A stretch of DNA of 64,000 bases from Chiloscyllium plagiosum (lineage: Eukaryota). Made by a program: the position numbers and the translations under genes. A model generated the notes under the pieces. The model was given only the letters and a program-made list of their open reading frames with translations, had not been told where the DNA came from and did not search any database. Within the stretch, counting starts at the first letter, position 1, and each line of letters starts with the position of its first letter. Shown in pieces: positions 24,021 through 35,814 of the stretch. The stretch covers positions 22,762,193-22,826,192 of the forward strand of contig NC_057719.1 in assembly GCF_004010195.1 (NCBI RefSeq), in the 5' to 3' direction.

Positions 24021-25513
24021 TCTGGTCCCCTTGTTGAGATATTTGTATCATCGATAGTCACAGGTGAGGTGCCACAAGACTGGACGTTGGCTAAAGTGGT
24101 GCGACTGTTTAAGAAAGCTGGTAAGGACAAGCCAGGGTCTATAAACTGGTGAGCTTGATGTTGGTGGTGGGCAAGTTGTTGGAGGGAATCCTAAGGGATA
24201 GGATTTACACATATTTGGAAAGGTAAGGACTGATTAGGGATAGTCAATGTGGCTTTGTGGTGGGAAAACATGTTTCACAAACTTAATTGAGTTTTTTAAA
24301 GAAGGAACAAAGAGGATTGATGAGGGCAGAGTGGTGGATGTGATCTATATGGACTTTAGTAAGGTGTTTGACAAGGTTCCCCATGGGAGGCTGGTTAGCA
24401 AGGTTAGATCTCATGGAATACAGGGAGAGCTAGCCATTTGGATACAGAATTGGCTAGAAGACAGAGGGTGGTGGTGGAGGGTTGTTTTTCAGACTGGAGG
24501 CACGTGACCAGTGGAGTGCCACAAGGATCGGTGTTGGGTCCACTACCTCTTGTGATTTATATAAATGATTTGGATGTGAACATAGGAGATATAGTCAGTA
24601 AGTTTGCAGATGACACCAAAATTGGAGGTGTAGTGGACAGCGAAGAAGGTTACCTCACATTACAACAGGATGTTGATCAGATGGGCCAATGGGCTAAGTA
24701 GTGCCAGATGGGGTTTAATTCAGACAAATGCGAGGTGCTGCATTTTGGAGAGCAAATCTTAGCAGGACTTAATGGTCAGGTCGTCGGGAGCATTGCTGAA
24801 CAAAGAGACCTTGGAGTGCGATTCATAGCTCCTTGAAAGTAGAGTCGCAGGTAGATAGAATAGTGAGAAAGACGTTTGGTATGCTTTCCTTTATTGGTCA
24901 GGGCATTGAGTGCAGAAGTTGGGTGGTCATGTTACAGCTGTACAGGATGCTGGTTGGGCCACTTTGGAATATTGGATGCAATTCTGGTCTCCTTCCTATT
25001 GGAAGGTTGTTATGAAACTTGAAAGGGTTCAGAAAAGATTTTCAATGATGTTGCCAGGGTTGCAGGATTTGAGCTATATGGAGAGGATGAATAGTCTGGA
25101 TCTGTTTTCCCTGGAGCATCCGAGGCTGAGGGGCATGGAGGTTATAGAGGTTTATAAAATCATGAGGGGCATGGATAGGATAAATATTTAAAGTCTTCTC
25201 CTTGGGGTGGGGGAGTCCAGAACTAGAGGGCATAGGTTTCAGCTGAAAGGGGAAAGATGTAAAAGGGACCTAAGGGGCAACTTTTTCACACATGGAATGT
25301 ACATGTATGGAATGCTCTGCCAGAGGAAGTGGTGGAGGCTGGTACAATTACAGCATTTAAAAGGCATCTGGATAGGTATATGAGTAGGAAGGGTTTAGAG
25401 GGATATGGGCCAAGTGCTGGCAAAAGGGGCTAGATTCATTTCAGATATCTGATCCTCATGGACGGGTTGGACTGAAGGGTTTGTTTCCGTGCTGTATATC
25501 TCTATGACTCTAT
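24021..25513 (+). mobile_element. CR1 (HER1-like) RT to 3' end
   Basis: [49 protein letters not shown]; ends ctctatgactctatg. Confidence 0.95.
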
Positions 25514-25954
25514 GCCTCTAAAATAGGAGAAGTTAGGCAATTTGACCCTTCCAGCCTGCTCCATCCTTTAATAAGATTTATGTCTTTCATCCAATTCTAT
25601 CAACCTGTTCCTACTTTCTCCAGATATCCTTTGATCTTTTTAGATCTTAGAACAATGTCTAACTCTTTCTTGAAAATATTCAATTTGGCCTCAACTGCTT
25701 TCTGTGGCGAAAAACTCCACTTCTGTGGCACTCCACTGGTCACTGGCCTCCAGTCTGGCTCACCACTCTCTAGATGAAGAAAGTTCTTTTAATCTTAGTC
25801 CTATGTGGCTTAACCCATATCCTTAAACCATGACCCCACACTCAGAACTTCACTTTCATTGGGAACTTCCTTCCTGCGTTTATCCCATCTGGTCCTATTA
25901 GAATTTTATACGTCTCTGAGGTCTCTCTTCACTCTTCGAAACTCGAATGAATAT

Positions 25955-27746
25955 TGTTATGGACCAGGCCAGACTGTCTCAAAACATTTCAAGAAGATAG
26001 CCCTGACCCTAACTTTTCTAGTTATTTTGAGCAGATGTAATGTGAATATTCCAGGACTGATGCAGCTAGTCAAAACTCAGCCGTTTAAAAAAAACAAAAT
26101 TTATTTACAGATTACCAAATGACAAACAAACAAAAGAGAACAGAATACAGAATAACTTAGAGTCATAGAGATGTACAGCATGGAAACAGACCCTTCGGTC
26201 CAACCTGTCCATGCCAACCAGATATCCCAACCCAATTTAGTCCCACCTGCCAGCACCCGGCCCATATCCCTCTAAACCCTTCCTATTCATGCACACATTC
26301 AAATGCCTTTCAAATGTTACAATTGTACCGGCCTCCACCACTTCCTCTGGCAGCTCATTCCATACCCGTACCACACTCTGTGTGAAAAAGTTGCCCCTTA
26401 GGTCTCTTTTATATCTTTCCCCTCTCAACCTAAACCTATGCCCTCTAGTTCTGGACTCCCCCACCCCAGGAAAAAGACTTTGTCTATTTATCCTATCCAT
26501 GCACCTCATGATTTTGTAAACCTCTATAAGGTCGCCCCTCAGCCTCCGACACTCCAGGGAAAACAGACCCAGCCTGTTCAGTCTCTCCCTGTAGCTCAAA
26601 TCCTCCAACCCTGGCAACNNNNNNNNNNNNNNNNNNNNNNNNNNNNNNNNNNNNNNNNNNNNNNNNNNNNNNNNNNNNNNNNNNNNNNNNNNNNNNNNNN
26701 NNNNNNNNNNNNNNNNNNNNNNNNNNNNNNNNNNNNNNNNNNNNNNNNNNNNNNNNNNNNNNNNNNNNNNNNNNNNNNNNNNNNNNNNNNNNNNNNNNNN
26801 NNNNNNNNNNNNNNNNNNNNNNNNNNNNNNNNNNNNNNNNNNNNNNNNNNNNNNNNNNNNNNNNNNNNNNNNNNNNNNNNNNNNNNNNNNNNNNNNNNNN
26901 NNNNNNNNNNNNNNNNNNNNNNNNNNNNNNNNNNNNNNNNNNNNNNNNNNNNNNNNNNNNNNNNNNNNNNNNNNNNNNNNNNNNNNNNNNNNNNNNNNNN
27001 NNNNNNNNNNNNNNNNNNNNNNNNNNNNNNNNNNNNNNNNNNNNNNNNNNNNNNNNNNNNNNNNNNNNNNNNNNNNNNNNNNNNNNNNNNNNNNNNNNNN
27101 NNNNNNNNNNNNNNNNNNNNNNNNNNNNNNNNNNNNNNNNNNNNNNNNNNNNAAGTCCATATAGATCACATCTACTGCTCTGCCCTCATCAATCCTCTTT
27201 GTTACTTCTTCAAAAAAACTCAATCAAGTTTGTGAGACATGATTTCCCACGCACAAAGCCATGTTGACTATCCCGAATCAGTCTTTGCCTTTCCAAATAC
27301 ATGTACATCCTGTCCCTCAGGATTCCCTCCAACAACTTGCCCAACACCAACAACCCAACAGATTATCCCATCGTAATGATGCTGGTCCAAATTCCGGCAA
27401 CAATCCCCATAAACAGACTAAAAAGGTAAAATCAAACACAGGGTCTTGCAGGAGAGAGAGAGAGAGAAAGAGAGAGATGGCAGAGAGATTCAGCGTGGAA
27501 CACTTTCGTCCATGTAGCTGTTTCTTTGACCAGCAGCCTCAAACAACTGACTGCTTGCTAAAAACAAACCAAAGTAAAGCTGAGCTGGAAGAGCTGGCCA
27601 CTCCCCTTTCATTGTACAAGTGTTTGTTTAAAAACTTAAAAGCTTCTTCAAATAGATAAATCCAGACATTTCAGAATCTATGTGTCTTGTGACCCCTATG
27701 GGAAAAAAAGGATAATCTAACCTTGTTCAAGAGAAGTATTGTCACA
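25955..27746 (-). mobile_element. Solo LTR (~600 bp net, Gypsy/ERV-type), interrupted by a CR1 insertion
   Basis: TGT...ACA termini (tgttatgg at 25955, gtcaca ending 27746), 4-bp TSD atat (25951-25954 and 27747-27750), AATAAA on the minus strand near 26100. Confidence 0.8.
26158..27349 (-). mobile_element. Young CR1 (HER1-like) 3' part nested in the LTR
   Basis: FFEEVTKRIDEGRAVDVIYMD...LPGLEDLSYRERLNRLGLFSLE...GLEGYGPGAGRWD*, gactct tail, N gap 26619-27152. Confidence 0.95.
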
Positions 27747-29064
27747 ATATTGTCCTCACTGATCTCTCTTTATATAACTGGGCTGCCAATCCAGGAATCA
27801 GTCTTGTATTTGATTGAAATCTCCTTTGCACCAGTCCCTTCCTTTACCCTATCATTGGCATTTTCATTTGCTCCAGCCTCACTCTTTGCAGGACTCATAA
27901 GCTACTTTACTTATTTATTTCTCCATCATCCTTTAGTAACCTTCTCAAAACTCATCTTTCAAATGCAGTCTCCAGTCAACCCTTCTAACCTCATTCCTGT
28001 GCTTCAGTGACTGCTCCATTTAATAGTTTTCTGTAAACTATCGTGCAACATCAAGCGTGTTACAAGTGCTGCATAAATGTTAGTTGTTGTTCTGAATGAG
28101 TGTAACCTCCCAAAAGAAAGACATTGCAATGGAACATGTCAGCCCTCGACATTTCTGCAGCAACCTGTATATCACAAGTGAAGCAAATGATCAGCTGGAG
28201 TTATCACCACAGAAATAATTCTCTCCTCAGAATTTAATCTGTCACAGAGCTACACTGCGAAAGCAAACTGTCTCAGGTCTGCCTTCAATAAGCAGCATGT
28301 ATCAGAGCTCCCTTTAAAAATCAATACTTTATTGCCATCTTTGACAGAAACCTCACAAACTTACTTTTAACATTGACATTGTCCTGTAATCCTGTCAGCA
28401 CACTATCGTTTCCAATGTACTTTTTGCAAAGTCATTATGAAAACATTTACTGCACACATCTTTCAGAAAATAATAGCTGACTAAATGACCTGAGTACTGA
28501 AAATATCTTTGATATTCTGGAAAGTGACGATTTTTCAGAGCTTAAGGTTAAGCAAGACTGAACCGTTTCTCTGCAACACTGAGTAAATAGACAATGGAAT
28601 ATCACCAAACTAAATGATGTGGCATTCTACTTAGGGCATCAGCAAAGTTGCTTGGCTTGCTGTCAAACCAGGACTATCCCACCGGTAGCCATAAAGGTGG
28701 AGAGAATGTAATCATTTTACGGGCCAGATTGAACTTATTTGTAGAGACCAACTTTAAAATGGCCAATTTACACTGTACAATGGATAAATGTTTAACTTTT
28801 TTGTATTAACAGTTATGCACCATTCGATATTTTTACCTGCCTCGCAATAAGTTTGATTGAATATGGTTATTAAAAAAAAATCACCCATTGCAGTATTAAC
28901 ATAAAGAGATTAGTGCCCATTCAACATGTCCAGTTGAAAAAGGATGATAGTGGCCCAAAGCCCACAATGGTTGATCAAAGTATTTTTTTGTTTGGCAATC
29001 ACATATCATATGCATTATAATAATAATGTTAGTATCACATACAGTAATAGCATACTTAGATTGA

Positions 29065-29560
29065 TGGTAAGAGACAGAGAACAATGGTGGATGGTTGTTT
29101 TTTGAACTGAAGGCCTGTGACCAGCAGTGTTACACAGAGATCCACACTAGCTCCACTGTTGTTTGTCATTTAAACAACTGATTTGGATGAGATTTTAGGA
29201 GGCAGGTTTAGTAAGTTTGCAGATGACAGCAAAATTGGTGGCATAGTGGACGGTGAAGAAGGTTATCGAAGATTTCAGAGGGATCTTGGTAATTGGGCCA
29301 ATGGGCTGAGTGGCAGATGGAATTTAATTTGGATAAATGTGAGGTATTGCATTTTGGTGAAATGAACAAAGGCATCGCTTGGGAGCAAATTATTGCAGAT
29401 GCTGGAATCCGTACTGAAAACAAGAAATGCTGGAGAGCACAGCAGGTCAGACAGCATTCATGGAGAGAGAGCAAGCTAACGTTTCGAGTCCAGATAACTC
29501 TTCATCAGAGTAGGATTGTACAGTTAGTGGTAGGGTCCTAGGTAGTGTTGTCGAGCAAAG
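29065..29560 (+). mobile_element. CR1 RT fragment with nested PLE pseudo-LTR (~29372-29510, minus)
   Basis: SKFADDSKIGG and WQMEFNLDKCEVLHFG. The insert tgcagatgctggaatc...aaatgctggagagcacagcaggtcag...gtttcgagtccagataactcttcatcag is pLTR-like. Confidence 0.85.
29475..29511 (-). ncRNA. Minimal type I hammerhead ribozyme motif (PLE-associated)
   Basis: The reverse complement reads ct-CTGATGA-a-gagt-tatctgg-actc-GAAA-cgtt-agc: both conserved boxes intact, 4-bp stem II, palindromic aacgtt in place of stem III, only 2 bp of stem I retained. Confidence 0.6.
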
Positions 29561-29564
29561 AGAC

Positions 29565-30082
29565 CATTGACTGACTGCCTACAGATTGTATGCTTTTTGA
29601 ACAAAATCAATATGTATTTGCAGATACATTCTATTTTGTTCAAAAAGCACACAGTCAATATGACATTTTATCAATTCCTACTTTGGAAGTAGAACAAGTC
29701 TGATTCAAGGTTGGAATACAGACAAACTCTAACCTCACACCTTTAATGCATTGTCAGAGCTGAGATGTCACCTTTCTTTTATACACTGATAAAACTTTAA
29801 GTTATCTCAGGGCTGTGACTTGAAAGAAATTCAGGGATTTACATACTAAACCTGCATCCCCATTCTAAGTGATTAAACACTTAAAAGCAATCTAAGTTTG
29901 TTCAAACAATAGTGTGTGACAGGATTACTGGGCAATGTTCAATACATTGCATCAGTTGTATGACACTTTGATCTTTTGCCATAAATTCTGTTTCCTATGA
30001 TCCTGTCCCACTAGCTACCTGACAAAGGAGCAGTGCTCCGAAAGTTTGTACGCTCAAAAAAGCCTGCTGGCTTATAACCCAG
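29565..30082 (+). mobile_element. PLE 3' UTR/pseudo-LTR with hairpin at its 5' edge
   Basis: Homologous to 55625-55810 (cttttgccataaattctg..tcctatgatcct..acctga..aaggagcagtgctccgaaag..cctg.tgg..tataacc). Palindrome at 29591-29649. Confidence 0.8.
30016..30050 (+). ncRNA. Minimal hammerhead ribozyme motif, one core substitution
   Basis: tac-CTGACAA-a-ggagc-agt-gctcc-GAAA-gttt-gta: perfect stem I (tac/gta) and stem II (ggagc/gctcc). CUGANGA has G to A at position 6. Confidence 0.5.
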
Positions 30083-31111
30083 TAGAAACAGGCAGTTCAG
30101 TCCAACTAAATTCTGCTGTGAAAGAATCATCAATAGTTGGATGTAGTTGAGAGCATATATCAAGGTTTTCCAACACTGCACTGAAGGTCTTAATCCAAGA
30201 GATAGAAAGGACAGACGCACTTAGTCTGGAGAGGGAAAAATATAACTAAATTGACCCTCTAAGGCATCCAGTACTCCAGGCCAGTGTTGATGTGTTTCTC
30301 TGCATGTCCGACATCTAGCTGACTGAAAAGTAAATATCACTGATGACAGAATAAAGTGAACAAAAATGCTCTTAAGACACTATGCCATGGAGTTATTGAT
30401 CCATTAAGCAGTCGATGGGTTTTCCTTATTGATTTGTTGAAAAATGATGGCTCAGTTGACTTTGGACAGTGTTACTATTAAGGATGTCTTATCTGCCTCC
30501 CCAGTTTCATGATTCTCTGAACATAATTTTTGGCTATTGCTGATTTTCAGGTTGAAATTTATTCAGTAAACACTAACCAGTGGCAATTACTGAAAACAAA
30601 TGAAATTGAAAGAACTGTGATTCCAGGTTTTCCTCTTCAAGTAAAGAAAGGCTCTCTGTCTCAGCAAACACTTTTACACCCAGATACATCTTTCATTTCT
30701 GACAATAGTTTTGTCAAAAGCAATGACAAATCAGGAGAAGGCACTTGCAAAAAAAAAAAGAATGAAACTGGATTTCTGTAAAGCCACAGGAATTTTGTTT
30801 AACTAAAGATACATCAATCTTTTTAGTATGTGCCACATGATCAAGAAGTGAAAATGGTTCCTTCAAAAATTCTTTTCTTATGAGACTGCTGATGTTAAAA
30901 TCACTGATGCAAGAAACTTTGTTAGAGTATGTTCTTCCTACCATTGATAATGTAACGGTGTTAACCAACAATGTTGAAGACATCACATCATGATCTAATC
31001 ATACCAGCTATTAATTGAATCACTCTGACCATCACCAGTAGCTGGGATATTGAATTCCAGTTCTATTTCTTACAGGAACGATATGGATGTGCAAATTTTA
31101 ATTGTCCAACT

Positions 31112-31482
31112 CATAGAGCCATTGAATTCCTAAATTATGGAAGCAGACCATTCAACCTATCGAGTCCACACTGACCTTCTGAAGAGAAGCCCGCCATACC
31201 AATCTCCCCCAACTCTATTCTTGTAACCCTGCATTTCCCATGGCTAATCCACCTAGCCTGCACATCTCTAAACACTACTGGCAATTTTTGGCATGGCCAA
31301 TCTACCTAAACTGCACATCTTTGGACTGTGGATGGAAGTCCAAGCACCTGGCAGAAACCCATGCAGACATGGGGAGAATGTGCAAACTCCACACAGACAA
31401 TCAGCCAAGAGTAGAGTCGAGCTCACGTCCTTGGTATTATCAGGCAGCAGTGCTAACCACTGAGCCACCACTGTGCCACCCC
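31112..31482 (-). mobile_element. HE1-type V-SINE, diverged
   Basis: ctgcacatctttggactgtgga..gcacctggcagaaacccatgcagacatggggagaatgtgcaaactccacacag...gcagcagtgctaaccactgagccacc. Confidence 0.85.
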
Positions 31483-31984
31483 ATGTAAAGTGTTAGCAGT
31501 AATGGAATTTCAACTTGCTTTTAATCCAAATTCCAGTGGCTCAGAATTAAGAGAAGGATTTTCAATTTATGTAGGTTGTAGGAAAATGAAGAATGTTTTA
31601 CCTCTTTTGTGGTAGCATTATAATTTGATACCTCATTAGTGCTTTGTTTGAAACAAAAATTAGGAGTGATGTACAACAGGCATCAGATACGTATCACCAT
31701 GTTACACTAGTGTCGCATGGTAAAGTTATCTCCAGGATGTCTTCCGAGAAGAACATATTCATAGCCAAAGGATATGGCAGGATCACCACAGAACAAATAG
31801 AACTAGGAAGCAGGTGATGGTCATGTGATACTTAAGGGATAATTCAGTCAATACTTAACTGGATATAGATATGAAGGGAGAATAAGAAATACATGTTGTT
31901 GGAAATTGTGGACTGAAAGTAGAAATAAAGCTCAGACTAGAAAAGCATAGAGGTACAACCTGTTCAGGTGGGTAAAGACACGTC

Positions 31985-32365
31985 ACTGGAAAACATGGGA
32001 CTTGAAGTCAGGCCTTCTGGCTTCGAAACAGGAACACCACATCTGTGCCGTAACAGACCTACTAGAGCAGTATATGTCTAGACTCTATTTAAATAACCTT
32101 CTTTAATTAAACTATCGAGACATGTCATGACACAGCTCTGCAGTTAGTGGGATTTGAACTTATGCCTTCTGACTCAAACATCAGAAGTAAGAACACCACC
32201 ACTATGTCACAAGAGCTTTCCTAGAATCGATCTGAAATCTGTCTAACCAGAATTTGTATTTTCTAATCAATAGCTTCAGAGACAGAGCCCTGGAATAGAT
32301 GTGACTTGAATTTGGGTCACCTAGCTCAGAAGTAGGGACAATAACACTGCACCACAAGAGACTCT
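31985..32365 (-). repeat. Three degenerate tandem copies of a tRNA-like SINE head
   Basis: Units gggacttgaa..ggccttctggct..aggaacacca..ctgtgcc..aa.agac, gtgggatttgaac..gccttctgactca..aagaacaccaccactatgtcacaagagc and gtgacttgaa..ggtcacctagctcaga.gtagggacaataacactgcaccacaagag, spaced ~150 bp. Confidence 0.6.
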
Positions 32366-32518
32366 CACTAAACCCCCCCAATGTAATGAATTCAATCTAC
32401 ATTTGAGTTTCTATTTAAGATGACAATTCATCTGATTTATCACACATTTTGCAGGAATTAGGTTATATAGCTCTTAATTCTGTTTTTTATTAAATGTTTT
32501 ATGTAAGCTCTGGTCCTG

Positions 32519-34108
32519 GAGCTAAGAGCAGCAAGGAGGGGACATGAAAGGTCCTTAGTCGGTAGGATTAGGGAAAACCCTAAGGCTTTCTATAGGTATG
32601 TTAGGAATAAAAGAATGACTAGGGTAGGAATAGGTCCAGTCAAGGATAGTAGTGGGAAGTTGCGTGTGGAGGCGGAAGAGATTGGGGAGACACTGAATGA
32701 ATACTTTTCTTCAGTATTTACTCAGGAACAGGGCATTGTCGTCGATGTGAATACTGAGTCACAAATAAGTAGAATGGATGGCTTTGAGGTATGTAGAGAA
32801 GAGGTGTTGGAAATCCTGGAAAAGGTGAAAAAAGATAAGTCCCCTGGGCCTGATGGCATTTATCCTAGGATTCTCTGGGAAGCAAGGGAGGAGATTGCAG
32901 AGCCACTGGCCTTGATTTTTATGTCCTCTTTGTCTACAGGAGTAGTCCCAGAAGACTGGAGGATAGCAAATGTGGTTCCCTTGTTCAAAAAGGGGAGTAG
33001 GGATAGCCCTAATAACTATAGGCCGGTGAGTCTCACTTCCGTTGTGGGCAAAGTCTTAGAGAGAATTGTAAGGGATAGGATTTATGCACATCTGGATAGG
33101 AATAATGTGATCAAAGATAGTCAGCATGGTTTTGTGAAGGGCAAGTCGTGCCTCACAAACCTTATTGAATTCTTTGAAAAGGTGACGAAGGAGGTTGATG
33201 AGGGGAAAGCGGTAGATGTGGTATATATGGATTTTAGTAAGGCGTTTGATAAGGTTCCCCATAGTAGGCTACTGCAGAAAATACGGAGATATGGCATTGA
33301 GGGTGAGTTGGAGGTTTGGATTAGGAATTGGCTGGATGGAAGAAGACAGAGGGTAGTAGTTGATGGCAAAGTTTCTTCATGGAGTGCCGTCACTAGCGGT
33401 GTTCCGCAAGGATCTGTTTTGGGACCATTGCTGTTTGTCATTTTTATAAATGACCAGGAAGAGGGGTTAGAAGGTTGGGTGAGCAAGTTTGCGGATGACA
33501 CAAAAGTCGGAGGAGTTGTTGACAGTGAGGAAGCATGTGGCAGGTTACAGCAGGATATAGAGAAGCTGCAGAGCTGGGCAGAAAGGTGGCAAATGGAATT
33601 CAATCTGGAAAAGTGTGAAGTGATTCATTCTGGAAGGTCGAATTTGAATACAGAATACAGGGTGAAAGGCAAGGATGTTGCCTGGTATGGAAGGAAAATC
33701 GTATGAGGAAAGACTGAGGCACTTGGGGCTGTTTTCATTAGAGAAAAGACGGTTTAGGGGTGACTTGATTGAGGTGTACAAGATGATTAGGGGGTTAGAT
33801 AGGGTTGACAGTGTGAACCTTTTCCCGCTTATGGAGTCGGGTATTACAAGGGGGCATAGCTTTAAATTAAGGGGGGGTAGATATAGGACTGAAGTTGGGG
33901 TAGGTTCTTCACTCAGCGAGTCGTAAGTTCATGGAATGCCCTGCCAGTAGCAGTGGTGGACTCTCCCTCTTTATGGGCATTTAAGCGGGCATTGGATAGG
34001 TATACGGAGGACAGTGGGTTAGTATAGGTTAGGTGGGCTTGGATCGGCGCAACATCGAGGGCCAAAGGGCCTGTACTGCGCTGTATTCTTCTATGTTCTA
34101 TGTTCTAT
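32519..34108 (+). mobile_element. Young CR1 LINE (third subfamily), 5'-truncated, with internal deletion
   Basis: An uninterrupted ~350-aa ORF2 stretch (KSPGPDGIYPRIL...[12 protein letters not shown]...[13 protein letters not shown]...SKFADDTK) jumps at ~33672 into the MLPGMEG region. (ttctatg)n tail. Confidence 0.95.
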
Positions 34109-34519
34109 AATATCTGGCACACACCTGAATTTGCAATCTTTGTCACAATCTGCCAGACTCTAATTAACATTTGTTTTATTGTTACCTTGTTATATTTCCT
34201 CTCAATTTTCCTTAATTTACTAAATCTTCCTCCAATATGAGCCATTATTGTCTCTATTTAATTTAAAGCCCTTTCTAATAATATGGCTCATTAAAACATT
34301 AGTCCCAGCATGGTTCAGCTTCAGTCTATCCCAATGAAATACTTTCCCCAAAACTAATGCCAATGCCCCATATATCAAAACTGATTTCTGCCACACAGTC
34401 TTAGAGTCACACGCTTATCTCTCTAATCTTCTTTACTTTATGTTAATTTGTATATGTTTCAGGTAATAATTTACAGATCAATATCTTTGATTTCTTTTTT
34501 TATTTAGTATCTAGATCCT

Positions 34520-34958
34520 CATACTGACCAGAAACTGAATTGGACTAACCATGTAATTATGAAGGTACAAGAGTAGGTCAGAGATGAGGAATCTTGCAAC
34601 AATCACCTCACTTCCTGTCTCCCCAAAGCCTCCTCTTCATCCGCAAGCCGCAAATCAGGAGGGTGATGGAATACTCCCCACTTGCCTGGGTGGTGCAACT
34701 CCAGCACCACTCAAGAAGTTTGATAACATCCAGGTCAAAGCAGTCTGCTTGATTGGTATCACATCCACAAGCATTCACTCTTTCCACAGTCACAGCTCAG
34801 TCACTGCAGTGTGTACTACTTCTAAGATGCACTGTAGAAATTCACCAAAGATCCCTAGGTAGCACTTTCAAAATCTATGACTAGTTCCATCTAGAAGGAC
34901 AAGGATAACAGATATTTGGCAGTACCATTTTCAAGCTCCCATCCAAGCCACTCACCAT
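34520..34958 (+). mobile_element. CR1/L2-type LINE post-RT fragment (family of 38270-41035)
   Basis: gtgatggaatactccccacttgcctgg (MEYSPLAW), LKKFDNIQVKAVCLIG, SLHS-type C-terminal motifs. Confidence 0.7.
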
Positions 34959-35340
34959 GGAACATAAAGCAGTACAGCACAGGAGCAGGCTCTCTGGTCC
35001 ATCATGTCTGCCTCAGCGACGATGCTATTCTAAACTAATCCCATCTGCCTGCATGTGAGTCATATCCCTCTATTCTCTAACTGTTCACATATCTGTCTAA
35101 ATGCCTCTTAAACATTGCTATTGTATCTGCCTCTATCACCTCCCCTCGCAGCACGTTCTAGGCACCTACCACCCTCTGTGTAAAAAACTTGACTCACACT
35201 CACACCTCTTTTAAACTTTCCTGTCTCAATTAAAATCTGTGTCCCCTAGGATTTGACAGTTTCACCCAGAGAAAAAGACAACCTGTCCATACTTCTCACA
35301 GTTTTGGTATATCTCTATCAGGTCATCCCTCAACCTCTGA
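34958..35340 (-). mobile_element. CR1 3' end
   Basis: gaacataaagcagtacagcacagga tail, catatccctctattc, gcctct.tcacctccc, accaccctctgtgtaaaaaactt. Confidence 0.8.
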
Positions 35341-35814
35341 AACAATTAAAGTATAATTGCAAGGCCCAATGCTCTTCCACTCTCACCCGTTAAAATCTTC
35401 GTATCTGCCTGATTCAGTCACATTCTCCTGTCCCTGACCAAATCAGATGACACAAACTAAAGGGGTACGACTATCTTCTGGAATAAAGTGTCTAGGTCAT
35501 CTCCCCACTGCCTGATGAATGTCTATAGCTCAGCCCCCAGACACAAAACTCTGAGCTGAAACTACTCTGATCTGAAATTAGGTAAGTTGCAGACACTTGC
35601 TATAGACATGGTTGTCATGGATTGAAATAACAACTAGGAGCCATCACCGTGATCTATCATCTTTATTTGTTTATTTCTTCCAATTAATTCATAGAACACC
35701 TTCTTAGAGAAGTTCCCCTTACTCATCCAACTCATTGCTTCATACTCAGAACATGCGAGATATCTCCATCATCAACAATCACTCACTAATGAGTATAATT
35801 GTCCAGCTAGGAAA

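Larger units (their letters stand above)
25520..27810 (-). mobile_element. Old CR1 3' fragment split by a solo LTR
   Basis: cttccagcctgctccatcctttaataagat, gcctcaactgctttctgtgg and cttcgaaactcgaatgaatat on the left of the LTR continue as tgtcctcactgatctctc...tccaggaatcagtct on the right. Confidence 0.7.

Noticed and set aside
30551..30626. ttttcag|VEIYSVNTNQWQLLK... looks like a Kelch-repeat exon
   Set aside because: The donor is weak (gttttc), the similarity is only a short motif, and no partner exons were recognised.
33121..33603. Long antisense ORFs over RT regions (also 21437-21826, 47920-48240, 57327-57659)
   Set aside because: Shadow frames of retroelement coding sequence with no independent evidence.
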